Assembly (NCBI GenBank): GCA_038135915.1
Contig: JAYPYM010000003.1
Span: 4,107-48,077 of the forward strand
Reading direction: 5' to 3'
Source: Gammaproteobacteria bacterium
Lineage (GTDB): Bacteria; Pseudomonadota; Gammaproteobacteria; Pseudomonadales; UBA6940
Length of the DNA: 43,971 nucleotides
Position numbers and translations under genes: made by a program
Shown here: positions 27,537 to 36,539 of the stretch, piece by piece
Position numbering within the stretch: the first letter of the stretch is position 1
Layout of the letters: every line of letters begins with the position of its first letter
The notes under the pieces: model-generated
What the model was told of the DNA's origin: nothing
The model's database searches: none
What the model saw: the letters and a program-made list of their open reading frames with translations, nothing else

Positions 27537-28945
27537 TCTAGCGCCTGACCAAGATATTGTGCAAGCACACCCATTTGACTCAGTGAAACTTGACTTTGTT
27601 CTTTTGCCAACTCACGGTGAACAGCCACTGCAATGCATTGCCAACCTATCTCGGAATGATTTGCAGCGGCAAGATAAGCAGCATGAAGCGCTGCATTACG
27701 TATCTGCCCACCTGTAAAATTAATTGCCTTAGCCAAAATGACAAAATCAAGATCCGGGGCAAGTGGCGCACGTGGTGGTAAGAGCTGTTTCCACAAAGTG
27801 ACCCGCTGCTCCACACCTGGGCGCGGAAACTCAACCACCATCTGAAACCTACGACAAAATGCTTTATCTATTTGACTACGCAAATTAGTGGTCAATACAC
27901 AGGGCCCTTCATGCTCTTCGATTCGCGCTAGCAAGTAGCTGACCTCCATGTTTGCATAACGATCCTTAGCTTCTCTTAGTTCTCCACGTTTCCCCATTAA
28001 CGCATCAACTTCATCGAACTGTAGAATGATCTTTCGCCCATGTGTAGCATCAAACAGTTGGCCAATGTTTTTTTCCGTTTCTCCCACATACTTGCTGACC
28101 AAAGCTGCCAGGTCTACTCGAAAAAGCGGCCAATTAAGTTCCTTCGCCAACACGCTGGCAGCCATCGTCTTTCCCGTACCGGACGGGCCGGCGAACAAGG
28201 CAACAGGGCCACCAGTAGCTTGACCACCCCATTCACCAACTACCCGGTGTTTTTGTTGAATCCAATACAAATATTCTCTGAGCATTGCCTTCTGCGCACT
28301 GGGTAAAATGAGCTCATCCCACCGGGCTCGTCGCTTCACCGAATAAGAACCTGGCGGCGCAGCTTCATCTAAGGACCATTTCATTAGACCAGACAATAAA
28401 AGACGGTCAGGAAACAGAGGAGAAAATGGTGTAGCTTGGTCACGCTTGATATATCCAGCTGCCTCTAGTCGGGCAATCACTTTTCGAGTTAAATGTAAAA
28501 GAGCGTCTGGTATTGCTAGCACAGAAAGGATCAGCGCTTCGCTCGGTGCAGGTGTTTTATCGCTCTGTAGGTCTTGATACAACCATCCAACTCTAGGCAA
28601 AACATGAGGCGCAAAAACACAAGCGATAATATCCTGCGTTAGAGCTATTTCTTGAGCAGACATAGATGGGTCTCTCGTCAAGGGAAGCGCATGCCAATAG
28701 GTACTAGCACGCACCTGATTAACCTTGGACTGGGCACGCTTTAGTTCAGATAGCAAGTCATCTGACGGACCTTCTGCCGCACTCAGTAAACAGAGACAAA
28801 GCAATTCAATACGATGCCACTCAGCCAAGTCTTCCAATTCAGGGCTAGCCTCATGAGGCTCTACCTCAACGCCATCTATTTGTTCAAGATTGGTAGCTTG
28901 TTCAAGATGGGCAGCTTGCTCAAGACTGATAGCACGCTCTGTCAT
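27533..28945 (-). CDS. AAA+ ATPase (Afp15/Pvc15-like)
   Basis: Walker A GPSGTGKT, RVDLAALVSKYVGETEKN, Walker B FDEVDALMGKR, DRYANMEVSYLL, IDKAFCRRF. Confidence 0.92.
   Translation of the reverse strand: MTERAISLEQAAHLEQATNLEQIDGVEVEPHEASPELEDLAEWHRIELLCLCLLSAAEGPSDDLLSELKRAQSKVNQVRASTYWHALPLTRDPSMSAQEIALTQDIIACVFAPHVLPRVGWLYQDLQSDKTPAPSEALILSVLAIPDALLHLTRKVIARLEAAGYIKRDQATPFSPLFPDRLLLSGLMKWSLDEAAPPGSYSVKRRARWDELILPSAQKAMLREYLYWIQQKHRVVGEWGGQATGGPVALFAGPSGTGKTMAASVLAKELNWPLFRVDLAALVSKYVGETEKNIGQLFDATHGRKIILQFDEVDALMGKRGELREAKDRYANMEVSYLLARIEEHEGPCVLTTNLRSQIDKAFCRRFQMVVEFPRPGVEQRVTLWKQLLPPRAPLAPDLDFVILAKAINFTGGQIRNAALHAAYLAAANHSEIGWQCIAVAVHRELAKEQSQVSLSQMGVLAQYLGQALD
28880..28933. repeat. 18-bp in-frame tandem repeat x3 in the ATPase 5' end
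   Basis: TTGTTCAAGATTGGTAGC / TTGTTCAAGATGGGCAGC / TTGCTCAAGACTGATAGC, encoding AISLEQ-AAHLEQ-ATNLEQ. Confidence 0.85.
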
Positions 28946-29964
28946 AGGGTACTCCCCCTATACAAACTCATCAGCAAGGGATTACTGCGTAACACCAGGG
29001 TAGGCCCACCTGGATAAGCTTGATCATTTCTAGTTGCGAACAAGAGTAACTGCCAACGATCCTGATCAACGGTGTTCAAAGTAGGCAAGGCTAGAGTCGG
29101 CAAGCCCACGGGGATTTGATCAGGATTAATTGCCGCGGAACTAATAGTGATGGTGGGTCCTATCTGGCTCGACCATCGTGATGATTCCCAAATCTGCCAT
29201 TCTATATTAACGGACTCTCCACTTCGCCCAGCGATCCATATCTCAGGCATCACCGTGGCAGGATCCATGACATCAACATCTATACTCACTGATGTTTGAC
29301 ACTCACCTGACACCACCCAGCAAACGATTGGCGCCCATGCCGGATTCAATGGATTCACCGTTTCAGTATTAACACCGGGGGAATAGATAGTACCCGCAAA
29401 TGGGTCGTAACGCCCCCTCATCAAAGCAGTTGTTTCCAACCCGGTAAATCCAACCCGAGGGGGTTCCCCTCGAAGATTCTCTGGCATCACAGGCACCAAA
29501 GCTATTTCATAAATAACAGATGGTCGAAACGTTAAATCGCCCTGCGTGGCCCATATTTGATTGATTTGCTCATCGGTAGCCGGTGCAAATATGGCCTGCA
29601 ATCGCACAGTCTCTTCACCAATTGTCAGTGCTGGTAAGACAGGTGACTCATGCAAGTAAGAAAGCACCAAACCCAACAAGCGTATATCATCCCTACCCTG
29701 ATCTTCACCAGTTTCCGCCATACAGGTGATCATACAAAACATCCGAATACGCCACGGATCGTTTGGGTGTGCATCTGATTGAAACCCTGAGGGTTCAAAT
29801 CGATAAAAAAATAAATTCAGCCGATTTTCATCTGTTTTCTTGCTAATATCTGCAGGTGCACCCATATAGATTTTTATGGCATGCGTAGTTGCTTGAATAC
29901 CCTGACTGATTGCATCCGAGACCGCATTACAGGCATGATAGAGGGCGCTATCGGGAATGGCCAT
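28942..29964 (-). CDS. Pvc16/Afp16-like (DUF4255) tail terminator/cap with C-terminal extension
   Basis: RLNLFFYRFEP...RLLGLVLSYLHESP...QINQIW...FRPSVIYEI; adjacent to the ATPase as in Afp/PVC. Confidence 0.82.
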   Translation of the reverse strand: MAIPDSALYHACNAVSDAISQGIQATTHAIKIYMGAPADISKKTDENRLNLFFYRFEPSGFQSDAHPNDPWRIRMFCMITCMAETGEDQGRDDIRLLGLVLSYLHESPVLPALTIGEETVRLQAIFAPATDEQINQIWATQGDLTFRPSVIYEIALVPVMPENLRGEPPRVGFTGLETTALMRGRYDPFAGTIYSPGVNTETVNPLNPAWAPIVCWVVSGECQTSVSIDVDVMDPATVMPEIWIAGRSGESVNIEWQIWESSRWSSQIGPTITISSAAINPDQIPVGLPTLALPTLNTVDQDRWQLLLFATRNDQAYPGGPTLVLRSNPLLMSLYRGSTL

Positions 29965-29965
29965 A

Positions 29966-30532
29966 TCAGAGTGTCCTTAAGAATTGACGGCTGTCGTGTT
30001 TACCTAGCGCAACTTCAGGCGAATCTTGCTTACTGCCTCTTTTGCTCGCCCCTGAGTTAGCTCGTCCTTTCTTTGAAAATGGCTCAGTATCCATAATACG
30101 AATTTGCACCGAATTAATATGAAGCCCCTGCTTTGCTTGTACGCTATCCTGTCGAGAGCGAAAATAGCTGTTCGCTTTTTCCTGATCTCTGGTTTTAACC
30201 ACGCTCGACGGACTTGACTTGTTCACAGAAACAACATCACCTTCATCCCCGGCTTCCTTTCTAACTGTTCTATCTAGATTAATAGAGGATTTGGTAACCC
30301 TTAACTGCTCTGTCAATTCTAATCCAGGTTGATCAAATACATCTTCAGCATGTCTTTGCTGATTTGGCGTTCCGGATGCTTTCTGAAATTCATCATAACC
30401 TCTCGCCATGTTTGATGCTCTCTCGTTCTGATGACCATCATGGAGCATCTTTTTTTCAATTAGAGCACGGCTAGGGCTGCTATCTATACCAGGTGCATTC
30501 ACCTTTTGATTAGATTTAACATCTACATTCAA
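29966..30532 (-). CDS. Hypothetical low-complexity eCIS protein (possibly C-terminal part of a split gene)
   Basis: Polar/charged ORF; C-terminal LHINSVQIRI...SRQFLRTL; frame stays open about 28 codons upstream of the TTG. Confidence 0.55.
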   Translation of the reverse strand: MNVDVKSNQKVNAPGIDSSPSRALIEKKMLHDGHQNERASNMARGYDEFQKASGTPNQQRHAEDVFDQPGLELTEQLRVTKSSINLDRTVRKEAGDEGDVVSVNKSSPSSVVKTRDQEKANSYFRSRQDSVQAKQGLHINSVQIRIMDTEPFSKKGRANSGASKRGSKQDSPEVALGKHDSRQFLRTL

Positions 30533-30641
30533 CTCAACCTCTTTTGCACAATGCCTATCACTGACATCAGCCTTATGATCTTCAGGTCCTGTCGTTTTTT
30601 GTTTAAAAAATTTAATTTAGATAAAATGTGTTTTGTTAAAT

Positions 30642-30950
30642 TTAGATGCTTGCAGCTGCTTGTTTCACTTCTTGCTTTTTAGCAATCGCATTTGGCCTAT
30701 CTATTTTGTTCACCCGGGAAACATCACTTTTCTGCAATATAGGATCAGCATTCATAATGAGAGCCTCTTCGCTTGAATGACAGACCTTATGCTGACTTGC
30801 TCGCTCACTGAGAGGCACTGTTTCTGACCCCATCATTACCATATCATCCAGCAGTTCGATAGCCTCATCTGAAGCTATCGCATTAGGCAAGGGCCTCAGA
30901 GTGTCCGCCAAAATGCGTTCAAAGTAAGCATTTACATGATCAGTCTTCAT
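30642..30950 (-). CDS. Hypothetical protein (possibly N-terminal part of a split gene)
   Basis: Start coupled to upstream stop (ATGA); begins MKTDHVNAYFERIL. Confidence 0.55.
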   Translation of the reverse strand: MKTDHVNAYFERILADTLRPLPNAIASDEAIELLDDMVMMGSETVPLSERASQHKVCHSSEEALIMNADPILQKSDVSRVNKIDRPNAIAKKQEVKQAAASI

Positions 30951-31843
30951 GCATACATCTCCCTCATGCCTCGATCTCGATCCAATCGAGACAAGTAGGC
31001 TTTTCGTCTTCTTGTTGGCAGCTGTAATATTACATCCTCACCCCAATGATAATTTAAAGCAAGCCTATGCACATCATCCAAAAGCGTATTAATTGATTGA
31101 GCTAGACCACTGTAAAAATCAAGCGCCACACTTTTAGGCTCACCACAGTCGGGGCAGTTCGTATTGATATGATCTGCACATTCTGGCGCTACCGCCTCTA
31201 CAGCTGATTCAATTCGGTCCACATCATCAATTGTTAGCGCCTTAAGCCGACACTGATCGACTTTCAAAATCAAACGCATCGCAAAGGCTTTTCGTATATC
31301 TGTAAATGACATGCTAGCATGTTCAGCTAACCACACCTGGTCTTCACCATTAGGTACACGAACTAGGCAATCACCTAAACTAGTTTTCACTGTTGCAAAT
31401 GGAAAACTTGGCCCTGCAGATTTGATTGGCAACTGACTCCAATCAACTGAAACATCAAATCTAGCATCACAGGCTTTACAAGATTCAGTCAACCATTGCA
31501 CAGATTCACCATGTTGCAAACGCCACTGCAGTACCAAATACTGCCTGTCCGCAATGCAAAGCCGATGAACATCACGTGACGACGTCACCATTTCATGGTC
31601 AAAAGAAATAGTACGAAATAAAAATTCGCCGATCCATGCTGGGTGAGACAAGCCCTTATCATGGCTCTGTTGCAATAGCTCAAACAAACTCATCTCGAGT
31701 GCACCGGACATTCTGACAAAACGGAATTGCTGACGAAGGTTCGCCGACCAGCCATGTTGGTCACCAGCAGATAAGCTTTTCACTTGATGAACGTTAAGGT
31801 CATCCTCAAACGCTTGTGTCAGTAACCCACCTGGCAATAACAT
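30947..31843 (-). CDS. T4 gp26-like baseplate/tail assembly chaperone with two CxxC motifs
   Basis: LCIADRQYL, CKAC, RVPNGED, CPDCG, DVHRLALNYHWGEDVILQLPTRRR; follows the tube gene. Confidence 0.75.
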   Translation of the reverse strand: MLLPGGLLTQAFEDDLNVHQVKSLSAGDQHGWSANLRQQFRFVRMSGALEMSLFELLQQSHDKGLSHPAWIGEFLFRTISFDHEMVTSSRDVHRLCIADRQYLVLQWRLQHGESVQWLTESCKACDARFDVSVDWSQLPIKSAGPSFPFATVKTSLGDCLVRVPNGEDQVWLAEHASMSFTDIRKAFAMRLILKVDQCRLKALTIDDVDRIESAVEAVAPECADHINTNCPDCGEPKSVALDFYSGLAQSINTLLDDVHRLALNYHWGEDVILQLPTRRRKAYLSRLDRDRGMREMYA

Positions 31844-31846
31844 GAA

Positions 31847-32356
31847 TCAAGACTCGGCTGGCTCGTTTACGCTGGCGTCCCTTTCCCAGCCTTCATGTTG
31901 AAGCGTGACAGTCTGAATACCCACAGTATTCATGGCACCCGCATCGAATTCAGGTAACGCTTGAAATTCTGATACCCAGGCACGATAGATTTTATATGAA
32001 ATAGCTACCGTTCCTTGTAAATTCAGGACATTAATGACTATGTCTTTTCGATAATTTGCCAAGGACATGGCAGCACTACCTTGTATATTATTCACCAGAT
32101 TTGCCCAGTTTTCGAATACCGGATCGTGCGTTAAACCCTGCTCTAGCGTGATGGGCTCCCAGCTGGTTCCGCCTGGCATCACTCGCTCATGAGCCGGATC
32201 ACCTGCACTGCGCCATTTAACGGCTTCAGTACTTTTTTTCAATACACTCATTTTTTTTAACCCAGCCACAGGTTGACCATCAATTAACACTTGGAATTTA
32301 AAGGTGCGATAGGGGTCAAATCGGTGTGCATTCACTGGAAAGGTCGGCGCAGCCAT
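31847..32356 (-). CDS. Tail tube protein (T4 gp19 / Afp1-5 family)
   Basis: RFDPYRTFKFQV...PGGTSWEPITLEQGLT...FENWAN...RAWVSEF. Confidence 0.93.
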   Translation of the reverse strand: MAAPTFPVNAHRFDPYRTFKFQVLIDGQPVAGLKKMSVLKKSTEAVKWRSAGDPAHERVMPGGTSWEPITLEQGLTHDPVFENWANLVNNIQGSAAMSLANYRKDIVINVLNLQGTVAISYKIYRAWVSEFQALPEFDAGAMNTVGIQTVTLQHEGWERDASVNEPAES

Positions 32357-32408
32357 AGACGTTTCTCCTAATTGTCTAACGGTTTCATACAGGGCAACTT
32401 ACAAGCTC

Positions 32409-32454
32409 ACAGCATCACCGGAAAGACCTATCTCTTTAAGGTGACACTTGCTGT
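32409..32454 (-). promoter_or_regulatory. Intercistronic stem-loop between sheath and tube genes
   Basis: Nested complementary blocks ACAGCA/TGCTGT, TCACC/GGTGA, AAAGA/TCTTT; no U-tract. Confidence 0.45.
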
Positions 32455-32467
32455 ATTCACTGTATGA

Positions 32468-34027
32468 CTATTCTTGGTTTATTTTTTGTTGAAGCCGTAA
32501 AATTACAAACTCAGCTGGCTTAAGCGGAGCGAACCCGACTACAATTATCACTTGACCACGATCAATATCGCCCTGCGTCATGGTGTCACCTAATCCGCAG
32601 CGAACAAAGTAGGCTTCATCAGCTGTTGCGCCCTGGAACGCACCAGCACGAAACATCCCATTCATAAAGGAACCAATGTTAACGCGTAAAGCACTCCATA
32701 AAGGGTGATCATTGGGTTCAAAAACAGACCACTGAATACCATTATAAATACTTTGCTCAATGTAAATTGCCGTTCTCCGCACAGGCACATATCGCCATTC
32801 AGGATCAGCCTTGGTAGCAAGGGTACGGCTACCCCAAAATACAGAACCATAACCGGGACGATTACGGATACAGTTCACGCCACGGGGATTCAAGTAATCT
32901 TGCTCCAAATCTTCTACATTTTCCTCAAGCCCAGAAACACTGATACGCGTTTCCACACCAGCAGGGGCTTTCCATACACCCCGTTTTCCGTCAACCTTTG
33001 TCCACATACCAGCAGCAATAGCAGATGGTGGTATAGCTATCGTTGCACTGGCCGTGGGATTATTATCCACACTGTATAAGGGGTTTGGCACTTGAACCCA
33101 AGGATAATAAAGCGTGGTATAAGTGGAAGTAGGTAGATTCATGCCGTCGACCTGTGCGCCATCGGTAAACTCAGTGTTTTCCGGATCAATAATAAGCACC
33201 CTACTCATGGTGGACTCACAATGGGTAATGGTATTAGTAATAAACTGATTACCTGTACCAGCGGCAGGCCAAGTTTGTCCGGGCAATACAATCACCGAAA
33301 CATCACGGACTTTCCGCAGGCTATTGTTATAAAAATTCATGTAATCAGTGGCAGTAGCAGCTGCATTCGCACCAGCCGTGTTGTTATCCAGCGGCGTACC
33401 GGCAGGGGCTGAATTGTCAGGTAAAGTCGTAGGCGTGCCTACGATGCTAGCCTGTATCAGCTTGGAACTAGCATTAACAATTTTTTCAACAAAATTATCA
33501 TCTGTTGCCTCCATGCTCAGACCAAGAAATTTCTCTCCGCTCAAGGGAATTAAATCTCCGTTGCTGTCAGTTTCATAACCAACTTCTAAATCAAACGTAC
33601 CAAGGCTTGCATTACCTGTGACACGAATTTCAATATCATTAGCCCAAGCACCTTCGCTACTCGCCGTAATGGTGAGCACATCAGTCGCACCACTGTCTTG
33701 CAACGTCACGGAAGCCGCTACCGGTGCTGGCGAGGCTTGAACCATACGGCATATGTAAGCGGCCTTCCCGCCATTCTGATAAAAAGACAAGACTGCTAAC
33801 CCCATGCTGTCCTGACCGCCAGACACATCTTCAATACCGGTGCTTTGGCGATAGTCACCAAACTGAGCAACATATTCGTCCCAACTGCCAATCAATATAG
33901 GTGTGTTGGCAGGGCCACGAAAAGCAGGGCCAACAAAGGCTGTAACTGAGGTGGACACCCCTTCAATTGGCTTAGAACCACTGGGAATTTCTTCTATATA
34001 AACGCCGGGGTGCAAATAGCTTGGCAT
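32468..34027 (-). CDS. Contractile tail sheath protein (Afp2/3/4 family)
   Basis: MPSYLHPGVYIEE, FYQNGG, YYPWV, RGVWKAPAG, LNPRGVNCIR, WRYVPVRR, FEPN, GFAPLKPAEFV. ATG 34027 has GGAGA RBS (preferred over 34066). Confidence 0.95.
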   Translation of the reverse strand: MPSYLHPGVYIEEIPSGSKPIEGVSTSVTAFVGPAFRGPANTPILIGSWDEYVAQFGDYRQSTGIEDVSGGQDSMGLAVLSFYQNGGKAAYICRMVQASPAPVAASVTLQDSGATDVLTITASSEGAWANDIEIRVTGNASLGTFDLEVGYETDSNGDLIPLSGEKFLGLSMEATDDNFVEKIVNASSKLIQASIVGTPTTLPDNSAPAGTPLDNNTAGANAAATATDYMNFYNNSLRKVRDVSVIVLPGQTWPAAGTGNQFITNTITHCESTMSRVLIIDPENTEFTDGAQVDGMNLPTSTYTTLYYPWVQVPNPLYSVDNNPTASATIAIPPSAIAAGMWTKVDGKRGVWKAPAGVETRISVSGLEENVEDLEQDYLNPRGVNCIRNRPGYGSVFWGSRTLATKADPEWRYVPVRRTAIYIEQSIYNGIQWSVFEPNDHPLWSALRVNIGSFMNGMFRAGAFQGATADEAYFVRCGLGDTMTQGDIDRGQVIIVVGFAPLKPAEFVILRLQQKINQE

Positions 34028-34141
34028 GATTGCAGTCTCCGTTTGCATGAACCACATGGAAATCATATTTCCAATGCAGCTCTTGAGTTGATTGGATGAG
34101 ATTCTACTGTATTCAAAAAAAACGGGTGTTTAAAGCAAAAC

Positions 34142-34172
34142 TGGTCACACTTTTATCATGAAATAGTGACCA
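34142..34172. promoter_or_regulatory. Inverted repeat upstream of eCIS operon (operator or leader hairpin)
   Basis: TGGTCAC-N17-GTGACCA. Confidence 0.4.
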
Positions 34173-34197
34173 ACCCATTCCCATACTTTCTTCGTAT

Positions 34198-34214
34198 TGC
34201 AGCATTTTCGCCAA
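34198..34214 (-). promoter_or_regulatory. Candidate sigma-54 (-24/-12) promoter for eCIS operon
   Basis: Minus strand TTGGCGAAAATGCTGCA: GG-N10-GC spacing, pointing at the sheath gene; several mismatches to consensus. Confidence 0.3.
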
Positions 34215-34558
34215 ATAGTTCAACCATAACGAAACATACTGAAATTTTCTATTGTTTAAAACTTAATCTTAACAGGCGTTAAAAACCGTCTGAATTTCCA
34301 GACTATATCGAACCTAACTAATCCATTCAACCGCTTTATTAAAAGTTTAACCCTCTCGACACTTACGTCATATACGTAGAAAAACCTTAACATAGCTTTT
34401 TTATCCATTTTCGACAACAGGTCATAGGAAAACTTAGCGTTCTCAACATTCAGCATTCATTCATACGAGCACTGATAATATTTATTCTGTAGTCAAGTAT
34501 TCCTAACCATATTTGGTGGAGTACTGAAAGTAGTCATCTCTAGTAACGAGGTATATAT

Positions 34559-35083
34559 ATGAAAACCAATACTTTATGTAAAACATGCTTAAGCCTAATT
34601 GCGCTAGCACTCAGCCTAAACAGCTATGCACAAGACAACTATGTAGGCATTAATTACGGGTCGATAGATTTTGAAGAAGCAGGCGACAGTTTAGATCTTG
34701 ACACCATAAATTTTACAATAGGCAGCAACCTCAACGAGCACATAGCCGGCGAATTACGTGGTGGTGTTGGTATTTCAAATGAAGATGAAGCAGGTGTTTC
34801 TATAGGTATTGACTCTTTAATTGGTGCCTATGGGCGCATTAATCTTCCAAACAGCTCTCCAGTCACTCCTTATGTTGTAGCTGGTGTGACACAAGTTAAA
34901 CTAGAAGTTGATTTTTTGGGTTTAGGTAGCGCCACAGCAGATGAAACAGATGCATCCTACGGTCTAGGTGCAGACTTCAATGTCTCAGACAACACGAAGT
35001 TGAACCTTGAATACATGAAGTATCTAGATAAAGATGGTGCAGAGATTGCGGGACTCAATGTGGGCATCGCTGTTAAGTTTTAA
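34559..35083 (+). CDS. Outer-membrane beta-barrel protein (OmpA-like transmembrane domain)
   Basis: Signal peptide, alternating beta pattern, TPYVVAG, YGLGADF, C-terminal Phe; GAGG RBS. Confidence 0.88.
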   Translation: MKTNTLCKTCLSLIALALSLNSYAQDNYVGINYGSIDFEEAGDSLDLDTINFTIGSNLNEHIAGELRGGVGISNEDEAGVSIGIDSLIGAYGRINLPNSSPVTPYVVAGVTQVKLEVDFLGLGSATADETDASYGLGADFNVSDNTKLNLEYMKYLDKDGAEIAGLNVGIAVKF

Positions 35084-35095
35084 AACCGCCATCCA

Positions 35096-35119
35096 TTTGG
35101 CCTTCTAAAGAAGGCCAAA
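35096..35119. terminator. Probable bidirectional intrinsic terminator
   Basis: TTTGGCCTTC-TAAA-GAAGGCCAAA perfect stem between convergent genes. Confidence 0.75.
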
Positions 35120-35152
35120 ACCTTTTAGCGGATTCGAGCGCTCTCTGATGAT

Positions 35153-36238
35153 TTAACAAGCTCTTGGATAGTCTGTATATCCTTTTGAACCACTCGTATA
35201 CCAATCAGACATATCATCCCAAGGTGTTAAGGCTTTTCCTGCTTCAATACGACTAGGAAAATCTGGATTCGTAATAAATGGTCGACCAAAGGCAATTGCA
35301 CTCGCATACCCTTCCGCGATCTGTTTTTCGGCAGCTTCTGCATCATAACCACAGTTTCCAATCAGGTTTCCTGAATAAATACTGCTAGCCTCGCTTAATG
35401 AAAAAGGGGCACCTTGCTCATGAAAACCAAATGCTAGCCCATCCATCACATGCAGATAAGCAAGATTCATATTATCTAGCAACTTAATCACATACGTGTA
35501 TATTTCTCTAAAATCTGAACCGCCCATATCATTAAACAGGCCATTAGGAGACAGCCTGACACCAACTTGCTCGGATGGAAAAACAGCACATACTTGTTGT
35601 AAAATTTCATGCAACAGCCTACACCGATTCTCTAACGAGCCACCATACTCATCAGTGCGCTTGTTCGTCTTTGAGTCCAAAAACTGATTAATTAAGTACC
35701 CGTTTGCAGCATGCACTTCTACCCCGGAAAACTCTGCTTCTTTGGCCCGCTCGGCTGCTCGCCCATAACTCAATACAACATCCTTAACTTCTGCGGTGGT
35801 CAGTGCTCGAGGGGTTTCATAGTCCTTCTTCCCATAAGGAGTACGCACCATATCGCCTTGTATTTTAACTGCACTAGCAGACACTGGTAGCTTACCTTGA
35901 TGGAAGTCACTGTGTGACGCTCGGCCGCAATGCCACATCTGCAATACCAGTGGAGTATTGAAAGGCCTCAAACGCCGGTTAATTTTAAACCAACCCTCAG
36001 TCATTTCATCTGTGTAAATACCAGGTGAGTTAACCCAACCATTACCCTGCTCAGAAATAACCGTCGCTTCAGAAATGAGCATGCCAGCTTCTGCTCTCTG
36101 CAAATAATAATCCCCCATCATATGATTCGGAATTCTCTGTGGCCCAGCCCTACCACGGGTCAGCGGCGCTAAAACAATTCTGTTTTTTAAAGATAAAAGC
36201 CCTAACTGAGCAGGAGAAAACAAGTGATGATATGACAT
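35153..36238 (-). CDS. Alkene reductase, Old Yellow Enzyme / NemA family
   Basis: NRIVLAPLTRGRA, QMWHCGR, EVHAANGYLINQFL, RTDEYGGSLENR, FGRPFITNPD. Confidence 0.92.
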   Translation of the reverse strand: MSYHHLFSPAQLGLLSLKNRIVLAPLTRGRAGPQRIPNHMMGDYYLQRAEAGMLISEATVISEQGNGWVNSPGIYTDEMTEGWFKINRRLRPFNTPLVLQMWHCGRASHSDFHQGKLPVSASAVKIQGDMVRTPYGKKDYETPRALTTAEVKDVVLSYGRAAERAKEAEFSGVEVHAANGYLINQFLDSKTNKRTDEYGGSLENRCRLLHEILQQVCAVFPSEQVGVRLSPNGLFNDMGGSDFREIYTYVIKLLDNMNLAYLHVMDGLAFGFHEQGAPFSLSEASSIYSGNLIGNCGYDAEAAEKQIAEGYASAIAFGRPFITNPDFPSRIEAGKALTPWDDMSDWYTSGSKGYTDYPRAC

Positions 36239-36539
36239 ATAACAATCCTTAGACCATCAAGTGGCCAGCAACAAAAGAACAAGATACCCCTAAATATCAA
36301 TATTTAATCTGATTTGGATGAAGTGCTATTATCCCAGATCAGCCCAATGTATAATCCCTAAATACTGATGCAATTTTAGAGATTTCTACTATACATGTTT
36401 AATGTTTGCAAATTAGACTAAATTTCCACTCCATCTAAGGCAGTTTCAATACAAACTCAGCAAGTGAAACTAACATGAATTCTATGTCTAACTAAACTTA
36501 AACAACAGCATTTTCATTCATGATGATGGTAATAGCCTA

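Larger units (their letters stand above)
6556..34027 (-). other. Extracellular contractile injection system (eCIS, Afp/PVC-like) gene cluster
   Basis: About 18 co-oriented, often overlapping genes: sheath, tube, Pvc16-like, AAA+ ATPase, tube initiator, LysM-like, hub, spike, gp25, baseplate J x2, DUF6519-like, DUF4157; no head, packaging, lysis or TssJLM genes. Confidence 0.93.

Noticed and set aside
6805-33578. Many 60-130 aa ORFs nested in or antisense to eCIS genes, including possible hidden immunity genes
   Set aside because: Fully overlap motif-supported genes; no recognisable motifs.
6556-34027. Prophage, R-type tailocin or T6SS interpretation
   Set aside because: No capsid, terminase, integrase, holin/endolysin, TssJLM or ClpV; Pvc16-like, Afp15-like ATPase and DUF4157 point to eCIS.
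34134-34150. CRP site suggested by TCACA half-site
   Set aside because: Matching TGTGA half-site at 6-bp spacing is absent.
34256-34456. 66-aa ORF upstream of sheath as a regulator
   Set aside because: No convincing RBS or DNA-binding motif; likely chance ORF in an AT-rich promoter region.
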